Assembly: GCA_942493095.1 (NCBI GenBank)
Contig: OW818675.1
Location: forward strand, 2,160,001 to 2,192,000
Origin: Candidatus Electronema halotolerans
GTDB lineage: Bacteria > Desulfobacterota > Desulfobulbia > Desulfobulbales > Desulfobulbaceae
Reading direction: 5' to 3'
DNA: 32,000 nucleotides
In this document: piece after piece, positions 1 to 6,841 of the stretch
How the letters are laid out: each line of letters begins with the position of its first letter
Position numbering within the stretch: the stretch's first letter is position 1
Program-made: the position numbers and the translations under genes
Notes under the pieces: model-generated
What the model saw: only the letters and a program-made list of their open reading frames with translations
Database searches by the model: none
Told to the model about the DNA's origin: nothing

Positions 1-150
1 GCTCCTGATGCCTGCTGCCACGGCGGCGCTTATCAGGCTGCCCCCTGCGCCTGCTGTCATGGCGGCGCATACCAAGCTGCTCCTGATGCCTGCTGTCATG
101 GCGGTGCCTATCAGGCTGCTCCGGCTGCCTGCTGCCACGGCGGCGAGTAA
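1..150 (+). CDS. 3' end of a RiPP precursor peptide (5' end outside the window): four tandem 13-aa cassettes P-x-A-C-C-H-G-G-A-Y-Q-A-A, ending ...ACCHGGE*
   Basis: Frame 1 reads without stops as APDACCHGGAYQAAPCACCHGGAYQAAPDACCHGGAYQAAPAACCHGGE, with TAA at 148-150. The copies differ almost only at synonymous sites (tgc/tgt, cac/cat, tat/tac, cag/caa, gct/gca/gcc, ccc/cct/ccg). The only amino-acid change is at the residue two positions before CC (D/C/D/A). It lies directly 5' of the cyclodehydratase genes. It is not in the ORF track because no start codon lies inside the window. Confidence 0.8.
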   Translation, partial: APDACCHGGAYQAAPCACCHGGAYQAAPDACCHGGAYQAAPAACCHGGE

Positions 151-152
151 TC

Positions 153-207
153 GTTTCAGGTTGACCTGAAACAAGAAACGGGAGCCTGCCTGGAGCAGGT
201 TCCCGTT
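153..207 (+). terminator. Twin GC-rich stem-loops just 3' of the precursor stop (possible partial terminator or mRNA-stabilising element)
   Basis: GTTTCAGG-ttga-CCTGAAAC (153-172) and AACGGGAGCCTGC-ctgga-GCAGGTTCCCGTT (177-207, one G-U pair). No U-tract follows, so this is not a canonical intrinsic terminator. Confidence 0.4.
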
Positions 208-376
208 GCCAAAAAGAGGTGCGCAAAGATGCTGGCTGGCAGCAGAAGTTCTCAAGCCCGAGTCTTTGGCTGTACCGCATCCTGCGCCTGCCACCTCTGC
301 CCCCGCAGAGAATGACAGGAGGCCATCTGACGATGGCCTGCACCTCTCCCCTCAGCATACTCCCCCCGAACTCATT

Positions 377-1279
377 ATGCAAAGCACTTTTTTGCAGCTG
401 CGCCGCTGCCGCCGGATACCGGTGCAGGAAAATAAAGTCCTGCTCAAGTCGGCGGACAAGTCGCTGGCTCTTGCTGCGGACAATATTCATAACCTGCTGG
501 ACAGCCTGCTGCCTCTGCTGAACGGAACCTCCACGGAAAAAGAAGTGCTGGCCGCTCTGGTGCCGGAACTGAAGGAGGATGCGGCAGAGGTGCTCCGGCT
601 CTTGGGCAAGGAAGGCTTCTTGGAGACTGGCGCGGAACCGGCCAAGCAGCTGGCTCAGTCCCTGATTATCCTGATCAGCACTGGGCGGCTGGGTGAGACC
701 ATGTCCCGGCATCTGCGTCAATCCGGTGCGGAGCAGGTCGAGGAGATCGATGCCGAGAGCGCGGCGGGCGGGCACCTGCCTGACTCGCTGCAACAGGCAG
801 CTATGGTTGTAGTCTGCACCGACCTGCCAAGGCCCGACCTCTGCGAGGCAGTCAACAAGGCGGCCTTGACCCTCAAGCTGCCGTGGCTGCTGGTTCAGGC
901 TGACGGCAGAGACGGCTGGGTTGGGCCGCTGTTCATTCCCGGCGAGACCGGCTGCTACGACTGCCTGCGCCAACGACTGCTCTCCTGTTCAGTCAGCCCG
1001 GAGATCGACCAAGCCATCCATGCTGCCGCCCTGCGCCAGCCCTTCACGGAGAGTCTGGAACTGCTGCCGCCCTTCCTTGACCTGCTGGCAGCAATGGCTG
1101 CGCTCGAAGCCATCCGCCACCTGAGCGCAGTCAGCCCGCCGCTCACTTACAAGACCCAGATTCTGCTTGACTGCATCAGCGGCATTTCCCGCCGCGATGT
1201 GCTGCATCGGATTCCCCGTTGCCCAAGCTGCTCAACCAGCAGCGAGCAGGTCTCCCCAATCCAGCCTTTCAGCGGGTGA
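377..1279 (+). CDS. TOMM cyclodehydratase partner ('C' protein): E1/ThiF-like fold with an N-terminal RRE-type leader-peptide-binding domain
   Basis: Same frame as track ORF 206-1279; the first ATG is at 377 (MQSTFLQLRRCRRIPVQENKVLLKS...). The N-terminal ~80 aa resemble a PqqD-like winged-helix RRE. Two CxxC pairs (GCYDC and RCPSC) are typical of SagC/E1-like proteins. The stop at 1277-1279 lies 5 nt before the YcaO ATG. The start is uncertain (TTG 206 is possible). Confidence 0.7.
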   Translation: MQSTFLQLRRCRRIPVQENKVLLKSADKSLALAADNIHNLLDSLLPLLNGTSTEKEVLAALVPELKEDAAEVLRLLGKEGFLETGAEPAKQLAQSLIILISTGRLGETMSRHLRQSGAEQVEEIDAESAAGGHLPDSLQQAAMVVVCTDLPRPDLCEAVNKAALTLKLPWLLVQADGRDGWVGPLFIPGETGCYDCLRQRLLSCSVSPEIDQAIHAAALRQPFTESLELLPPFLDLLAAMAALEAIRHLSAVSPPLTYKTQILLDCISGISRRDVLHRIPRCPSCSTSSEQVSPIQPFSG

Positions 1280-1284
1280 CTGCC

Positions 1285-2568
1285 ATGATGAGCGATTTGC
1301 AGATTGCCCCGTGGCAGCGCGGGCAGGAAACGATCTTGGATGCGTTTGTCAGCTCCCGCTTGGGGCCGGTGAAGAAGCTGCAGGAGCTGACCCGCGAGCC
1401 GGACGCGCCGGATATCTTCAGCTATGTGTCCGAGGTCTGCGACCGGACTCAGTTCCATTTTCAGCAGGGCGGCAAGGTCAGCACCGGCATTGGCATCACC
1501 CGCTTTCATGCCCGCACTGCCGCCATCGGTGAATGCTTGGAACGCTACGCGGCCAGCATGTATGACCGGGACAAGGATGTCATCCTCGCCACCTGGAAGG
1601 AAATGATTGGGCAGGGGTTGCGGACTGCCCACCCGGAGGACTTCGGCCTTTACTCGGAAGCCCAGTATCAACGGCATACGTATCTCAACCGCTTCACTGA
1701 GAACACCCGCATTGGCTGGGCCAAGGCCGTCTGCCTGACTGACAGCAATGCGGAGGTCTGGCTGCCTGCCGCCTTCGTCTTTCTGCCCTATCAGTACATG
1801 GCAGGCGAGACCCAAATCTCTTCGCAAATCTCCACTGGCCTGTCCGCCGCATTTGACTTGGACACGGCTGTCATGGGCGGCATCTGTGAGATTGTGGAGC
1901 GGGAAGCGGTGATGCTGACCTGGCTCCACCGCCTGCCCTGCCCAGAGCTGCGCTTCAGCCCGGACTGCTGGTTCAGCGAAGTGTTCCAGCAACGCTTTGC
2001 CCGCTCCGGCTTCGAGTATTATTTGTGCGAGGCTCCGGGCGACCTCGGCCTGCGCACGGTCTTTGCCATGCTGGTGGATAAGGGCCGCAAGGTGATCTCC
2101 ACTGGCTCCTCGACCAAGCCTGATGCGCAGTCAGCCGCGCTCAAGGCCCTGCTGGAGACCGTGCAGGTGCGCGAGCTGCTCCTGTCCATCCCTCGGAACA
2201 GAAAGCCGCCCAAGTTCCACTTGGAGCCGTACCAGCATCTGCCTGTTGATGAAGACCTGCTGGCCTTCTTCACCTGCAGCCAGGGCAAGGAGGCAGGCAG
2301 CAGGGAAGAGCCGCTCACGCTGGAGCACGTGCTGACCAACTGCAAGCAGGCGGGCTTGGATGTTTATGCTGCCGAGCTGACCACCCCAGACCTTGCTGAG
2401 GCGGGCCTGCATGTGGTGCGGGTGGTCATGCCGCAGACCGTGCGCCTGTACCGCGAGTTTGAGCTGCCCTATCTTGGCGGCAGGCGGCTGTACGAGGCTC
2501 CGGTCAAGCTGGGCTTCACCGCCTTGAGCGAAGAGCGGCTCAATCTCAAGCCCCATCCCTTTGGCTGA
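1285..2568 (+). CDS. YcaO-domain cyclodehydratase ('D' protein)
   Basis: GIGITRFHARTAAIGECLERYAA and STGLSAAFDLDTAVMGGICEIVEREAV match the two conserved YcaO nucleotide/Mg-binding blocks. The C-terminus is Pro-rich (...KPHPFG*). ATG 1285 (MMSDLQ...) is preferred to the track start 1219, which would overlap the upstream gene by 61 nt. Confidence 0.85.
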   Translation: MMSDLQIAPWQRGQETILDAFVSSRLGPVKKLQELTREPDAPDIFSYVSEVCDRTQFHFQQGGKVSTGIGITRFHARTAAIGECLERYAASMYDRDKDVILATWKEMIGQGLRTAHPEDFGLYSEAQYQRHTYLNRFTENTRIGWAKAVCLTDSNAEVWLPAAFVFLPYQYMAGETQISSQISTGLSAAFDLDTAVMGGICEIVEREAVMLTWLHRLPCPELRFSPDCWFSEVFQQRFARSGFEYYLCEAPGDLGLRTVFAMLVDKGRKVISTGSSTKPDAQSAALKALLETVQVRELLLSIPRNRKPPKFHLEPYQHLPVDEDLLAFFTCSQGKEAGSREEPLTLEHVLTNCKQAGLDVYAAELTTPDLAEAGLHVVRVVMPQTVRLYREFELPYLGGRRLYEAPVKLGFTALSEERLNLKPHPFG

Positions 2569-2572
2569 CCGC

Positions 2573-3793
2573 ATGAATACTCTCCCGACACTGGCCCGCA
2601 ACCATCGCTTCTGGCTCTTCTGGGGCGGCCAGTCGCTCTCCAAGATCGGCGACAAGCTCCACTACATCGCCCTGCTTTGGTTTGTGGTCAACCGCACCAA
2701 CTCCGGCCTGGCTATGGGCGGGGTTTTGCTTGCCACCGCCCTGCCGCTGGTCCTCTGCGCACCCAAGACCGGCGAGCTGATCGACCGCTGGAACCGGAAA
2801 TGGCTGCTGGCAGGAGCTGATCTGCTCCGGGCTGTGGCAGCCTTCGGCATCGGCTGGGTCACTGCTGGCAAGGGAACAGTCAACTATCCCCTGCTCTTAG
2901 TGCTGACCGCCCTGATGGCCACGGGCACGGCCTTGTTCCAGCCTGCCCTCAACGCCCTGCTGCCCTGGCTGGTGCGGCAGGAAGACCTGCTGCGGGCCAA
3001 CTCAGTCAACGAGAGTTCAACTCAGCTTGCAGGCTTGGCCGGGCCAGTGCTGGCAGGCGTGTTCCTCACCTTTGCCGAGCCGCACATCGTCTTTTATCTC
3101 AACGGCCTGTCCTTCCTGATCGGCGCACTGGCAGTGCTGCCTTTGTCCGTGCCTCCGCCCAAGGCCGCAGCCACCAAGGCAGGCGACTTCCGGGAAGGGC
3201 TGCGCTGGCTGCTGGATCAGCCCAGCCTGCGTGACTTTGCTGTCACCTTTGCCCTGCTCAACTTCGCGGTCAGCTTCATGGAAGTCTATATTCCCTTTCT
3301 CAACAAGGACTGCTTCGGCGGCGGGCCAAAGGAGCTGGGCCTGATTTTCAGCGCCATCTTTGCGGGCGGCCTGCTGGCCTCGCTCGGCCTGATGGTGAAG
3401 AAGGACGTGAGCCAGCCGCAGAAGGTGATCGGCGGCAGCATCAGCCTGATGGGCCTGGCCTTTGCCGCCATCTTTTTCTTCCGCCAGCAGCAGGCCGCCC
3501 TTTGCCTCTTTCTGGTGATCGGCCTTGGCTGGGGAACCTTTGGCAGCTGCTTCCGGGTCTTTGTCCAGAAGAACGTGGAAGACCAGCGGCGGGGCCGGGT
3601 CTTTGCCCTGATCAGCGCACTTGCCAACACCATGATGCCGCTGGCATACAGCCTTGCCGGGCTGATGACCAGCATTCTGCCCGTCTATCCCGCTTTCCTG
3701 CTTGGCGGCCTGCTGACCTTAGCCAGCGGCTTATATTTATACTCAAGGAGATGCCATCATGCCGACCGTCAATGTCAGGCTCAGTCTGCCTGA
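2573..3793 (+). CDS. MFS transporter, EntS / MFS_3-like (putative exporter of the modified peptide)
   Basis: The N-terminus NHRFWLFWGGQSLSKIGDKLHYIALLWFV resembles the enterobactin-exporter-type MFS family. The protein is hydrophobic throughout, consistent with multiple TM helices. ATG 2573 lies 5 nt after the YcaO stop (alternative TTG 2561 overlaps it). Confidence 0.75.
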   Translation: MNTLPTLARNHRFWLFWGGQSLSKIGDKLHYIALLWFVVNRTNSGLAMGGVLLATALPLVLCAPKTGELIDRWNRKWLLAGADLLRAVAAFGIGWVTAGKGTVNYPLLLVLTALMATGTALFQPALNALLPWLVRQEDLLRANSVNESSTQLAGLAGPVLAGVFLTFAEPHIVFYLNGLSFLIGALAVLPLSVPPPKAAATKAGDFREGLRWLLDQPSLRDFAVTFALLNFAVSFMEVYIPFLNKDCFGGGPKELGLIFSAIFAGGLLASLGLMVKKDVSQPQKVIGGSISLMGLAFAAIFFFRQQQAALCLFLVIGLGWGTFGSCFRVFVQKNVEDQRRGRVFALISALANTMMPLAYSLAGLMTSILPVYPAFLLGGLLTLASGLYLYSRRCHHADRQCQAQSA

Positions 3794-4421
3794 AGACAGC
3801 CTGTCCGAGCTGCTGCATAGCGAAACCAAGCTCACGCCGTATCAGCTCCGGCAGTGGCAGTACCAGCAGCCGCCCGTGAGCGAGCATCCGGCCATTGCCA
3901 AGTGGATGCAGGCACCGTTCAAGGAGTATCTTTCCCTGCCGCAGATTGCCCTGCCACCACCTGCGCCTGCGCCAACCGGCAAGCTGGATGCGGCCTGCCT
4001 TGCCGCTCTGCTCCAGCAGCCTGCGGAGATCAGCTCGCTCGAATGCTACCTGTTAGCCACCGAGCTGGACGGCATTGCCCCCGGTCTGCACCATTACAAC
4101 AAGCGCACGCACTGTCTGGAGACCTTTTCGGACAGCCCTGCGCCTGCCCAGCCGCTCCGGCAGCAGATGCCCGACAACGTGGCCGGGCTGCTCATCGTCA
4201 CAGGTGTGCTGACCCGGATGCGCCTCAAGCACGGCGAGCGCGGCTACAGGTATATGCTCTTTGAGGCAGGCCGGGTGCAGGAGCGGCTGCTGACTGCTGC
4301 GGCAGTCCTGCGCCTCTCTGTGGAGCTGCTGCCGGACTTCTTTGACGATGCGGTCAATGCGCTGCTTGGTGTGGATGGGGTGGAGGAGTCGGCACTCTTT
4401 CTCGCCGGGCTGCGGCGGTGA
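3759..4421 (+). CDS. SagB/ThcOx-type (nitroreductase-fold, FMN) azoline dehydrogenase-like protein, short and divergent
   Basis: AAGGAG at 3745-3750 lies 8 nt before the ATG. The C-terminal block KHGERGYRYMLFEAGRVQERLLTAAAVLRLSVELLPDFFDDAVNALLGVDGVEESALFLAGL matches the SagB-family signature (YgeRxYRY..EaGh..qnl.L.a..lGl......f.D......lg.d...e..l....vG). PGLHHYNKRTHCL matches the G-x-Y-h-Y block. It is only 220 aa and overlaps the MFS gene by 35 nt. Confidence 0.6.
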   Translation: MPTVNVRLSLPEDSLSELLHSETKLTPYQLRQWQYQQPPVSEHPAIAKWMQAPFKEYLSLPQIALPPPAPAPTGKLDAACLAALLQQPAEISSLECYLLATELDGIAPGLHHYNKRTHCLETFSDSPAPAQPLRQQMPDNVAGLLIVTGVLTRMRLKHGERGYRYMLFEAGRVQERLLTAAAVLRLSVELLPDFFDDAVNALLGVDGVEESALFLAGLRR

Positions 4422-4489
4422 GGGCACTGAGACAACTCACAACACATTTACTTGAAATAAAAAATATAACTTCTGTCGAGACACCTGTC

Positions 4490-6535
4490 ATGCATAACAT
4501 CTCAGGAAAGAAAGTACTCAGCACCATTGCTCTTGCAGCAGCAATGCTTCCGCAGACAGTGCGGGCATCTTCTTCGGAAAACAGCGAACAGAGCATCATG
4601 CTGGAGGAAATCACGGTCAAGGGCGAGGCGATCACCTCGGTTGACCAGCCCGCCACTGTCAATGTGATTGGCCCGGACGAAATTCAGGAGGTCAAACTCT
4701 CCCAGCCCGAAAAAATTCTTGAGGAGGTGCCGGGGATCGAAATCCACCGCTACGGCATGGGCGGGGTGGCCAATGAGTTTGCCATCCGGGGCTTTCATAA
4801 TGCCGGGCACGGCGGCGATGCTGCCATTGCGGTTGATGGCATTCTCCTCAATGAAGGGGAATCCCATGCTGACGGTTACGCAGACATGAATGTGATCATT
4901 CCCTTGGAGCTTGACCGGGTGGAGGTCTTCAAGGGGCCATCCTCACCGCTGTTCGGCAATTTCGCCCGAGGCGGAGCTATATCCTTCCACACTCGCAAGA
5001 CAGGAGAATACAATACGTTCCAAACTACAGGCGGCTCCTACGATTCCTACGATGTGCAGCATGTCTTTGGCCATGCTCTCAGCGACAGGCTCCAGCTCAA
5101 CACCGCCCTTCAATATTCTTCCACGGGCGGCTATCAGGACAACTCCTCGTGGCAGCGTGGCAACTTCAGCGGCCGACTGGGCTGGCAGGCAAGCCCGGAG
5201 TTTGATGCTGCGCTTTCTCTGCGGGTGCACAGCTCGACATGGGATGCGCCCGGATATATCCCGAAAGCGCAGTTTGAGGATGAGGATGCAGCCCGGCATC
5301 AGGCAGTCAATGCCGAGGATGACGGCGGCGACAAAGCCTTCACCACCCAGCGGCTTGATCTGGGCTGTAACTTGGACAAGAACCAGCGCATCCTTGCCTG
5401 GACCTACTCCACCCAGCAGGACTTCACCCGCTTTGCCAAATTCGGCTACGACCCCGGCGGGCAGACAGAACGGTTTTATGACCGCATGGTCTATGGCGCC
5501 GGGACAAGCTACAACTTTGAAGGCAGCTATGCTGACCGGAAACTGAACGGTGTTGCCGGGCTGGAGTATCTGCACGAAGACACGGACTGGGAGCGGTATG
5601 ACACGGCCAACCGGGTCCGCACCAAGCAGACGCAGGACCGCAATTTCATCATCAACACCCTGTCTTTGTTTGGCCAGATGGATTATGCCCTGCATCCGCT
5701 CTTTGAGCCTTGGGTCGGGCTGCGCTACGATGCCTTTTCCGGCGACTATGAAAATCGGGATCCCGATGCGGTGCCATTCACTGCGGACATGAATGACTAC
5801 GATCACCTCAGTCCGAAGATCGGCTTTCTCAGCAGCCTGACTGATGCCTTGGAGCTGCGGGCCAGTTACAGCCAGGGCTTTGCCCTGCCCTCTGACGTGC
5901 TCAAGTACAACTCGGCAGCCGGAGACACCGCCACTACAGTGCATCAGTATGAAACCGGGCTGCGCTTCGAGCCGGGCGATCTGCTCACCAGCGATCTGGC
6001 CCTGTTCCTGATTGACACCGAAGATGAGATTCAGGAATATCCTTCCGACTCAGGCAGCTATGTCAATCTAGGAGAAACTCGGCGGGAAGGCATGGAGCTG
6101 TCCGCAACCCTGCGTCCGGGCTGGCCCGGCTTTGAGCTGTTCGGCGATCTGACCGTGATCAGCACAGAGATCACCAGCAACCCGGATGCGGCCATGATCG
6201 GCAAGGAAGTCACCGGGGTGCCTGACTACACCAGCAATCTCGGCATCCGTTACCGGGCTGCTTCCGGCTGCAATGGCCGGATCAAGTGGCGGCATGTTGA
6301 CAGCTATTTTGTTGACGACAGCAATACCGCCTCCTATGACGGCTATGACGTGACCGACGCATCTCTCGGCTATGAAGGAAAAACCGGCAACGGCACAGGC
6401 TGGCGGGTCAATCTGGATATCGACAATCTCTTTGACGAGCATTACAGCCAGGCTGTCTGGAGCGGCTACGACACCACCAACTATGCGGTCAGTCCGGGGC
6501 GGACCTTCTGGCTGCGCTTGACGCTGGATATGTGA
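4490..6535 (+). CDS. TonB-dependent outer-membrane receptor
   Basis: Signal peptide MHNISGKKVLSTIALAAAMLPQTVRA. TonB-box-like IMLEEITVKGE. Plug-domain motifs (VEVFKGPSSPLFGNFARGGAISFHT). A long beta-barrel region rich in Y/G/D/N. The C-terminal residue is Met rather than the usual aromatic. ATG 4490 is preferred to the track start 4418. Confidence 0.85.
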   Translation: MHNISGKKVLSTIALAAAMLPQTVRASSSENSEQSIMLEEITVKGEAITSVDQPATVNVIGPDEIQEVKLSQPEKILEEVPGIEIHRYGMGGVANEFAIRGFHNAGHGGDAAIAVDGILLNEGESHADGYADMNVIIPLELDRVEVFKGPSSPLFGNFARGGAISFHTRKTGEYNTFQTTGGSYDSYDVQHVFGHALSDRLQLNTALQYSSTGGYQDNSSWQRGNFSGRLGWQASPEFDAALSLRVHSSTWDAPGYIPKAQFEDEDAARHQAVNAEDDGGDKAFTTQRLDLGCNLDKNQRILAWTYSTQQDFTRFAKFGYDPGGQTERFYDRMVYGAGTSYNFEGSYADRKLNGVAGLEYLHEDTDWERYDTANRVRTKQTQDRNFIINTLSLFGQMDYALHPLFEPWVGLRYDAFSGDYENRDPDAVPFTADMNDYDHLSPKIGFLSSLTDALELRASYSQGFALPSDVLKYNSAAGDTATTVHQYETGLRFEPGDLLTSDLALFLIDTEDEIQEYPSDSGSYVNLGETRREGMELSATLRPGWPGFELFGDLTVISTEITSNPDAAMIGKEVTGVPDYTSNLGIRYRAASGCNGRIKWRHVDSYFVDDSNTASYDGYDVTDASLGYEGKTGNGTGWRVNLDIDNLFDEHYSQAVWSGYDTTNYAVSPGRTFWLRLTLDM

Positions 6536-6628
6536 ACGAGGCAGGGGGGCCTATGCCTTGAGCACCTCCTCAATAATTTCCTGTCATGCGCTGATTGTTG
6601 AAAGATCGCAGACCTCAGTCTGGCTTCT

Positions 6629-6766
6629 GAAATGCACGCTTTCGCAGCTCACGAATGCATGGTTTCGCATCTATCGAATGCATGCATTCGTGCCAATCGA
6701 ATGGGTGCATTCGTACCGATCAAATGCACGCAGTTATATGTTACGAATGCATGGTTTCATGTGCAG
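6629..6766 (+). repeat. Six head-to-tail 23-bp repeats, core CGAATGCATGCATTCG (palindrome), in the leader of the ABC importer operon
   Basis: AATGCA/AATGGG starts at 6631, 6654, 6677, 6700, 6723 and 6746, an exact 23-bp phase. Units: GAAATGCACGCTTTCGCAGCTCA / CGAATGCATGGTTTCGCATCTAT / CGAATGCATGCATTCGTGCCAAT / CGAATGGGTGCATTCGTACCGAT / CAAATGCACGCAGTTATATGTTA / CGAATGCATGGTTTCATGTGCAG. Confidence 0.9.
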
Positions 6767-6841
6767 GAAAACCGGCTGGCCGGGTGCGCCCGGCTCTGCC
6801 CCGCTGTCCTGCAAAATATCTGCTGGAATATTTACAACATC

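Noticed and set aside
1-150. Reading the CCHGG repeats as an ordinary metallothionein-like or unmodified Cys-rich protein tail, or as a heterocycloanthracin-type bacteriocin
   Set aside because: Not fully excluded. The immediate YcaO, E1-like and SagB-like neighbours argue for post-translational heterocyclisation. The exporter, TonB receptor and family-5 importer context fits a recaptured metallophore better than a toxin. It is kept as the alternative hypothesis to test.
219-521. Cys/Arg-rich 100-aa ORF, including an AGGAGG-preceded internal ATG near 332, considered as a second precursor peptide
   Set aside because: It overlaps the start of the E1-like/RRE gene in another frame. Its composition is what an off-frame reading of GC-rich coding DNA gives. 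It has no cassette repeat and no resemblance to the 1-150 peptide.
1147-1992. Long antisense ORFs inside confidently called genes (1147-1992 -, 4943-5944 -, 12675-13640 -, 15441-16235 -, 19952-20716 -, 10546-11064 -, 16783-17379 -)
   Set aside because: These are typical stop-poor antisense frames of GC-rich coding DNA. The opposite-strand frames carry recognisable family motifs (YcaO, TBDR, SBP, DUF4198, ABC ATPase).
6629-6766. Possible CRISPR array (short direct repeats); the same was considered for the 189-bp repeats at 25990-30380
   Set aside because: The 23-bp units abut each other with no unique spacers. The 189-bp units are in-frame coding repeats. No cas genes are in the window.
6632-6841. 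N-terminal extension of the SBP ORF (MHAFAAHECMVSHLSNACIRANRMGAF...) and the overlapping ORFs 6558-6845 and 6655-6924
   Set aside because: Their odd repetitive peptides are just translations of the 23-bp DNA repeat array. 23 is not a multiple of 3, so no consistent peptide repeat results. A proper lipoprotein signal peptide begins at ATG 6842.
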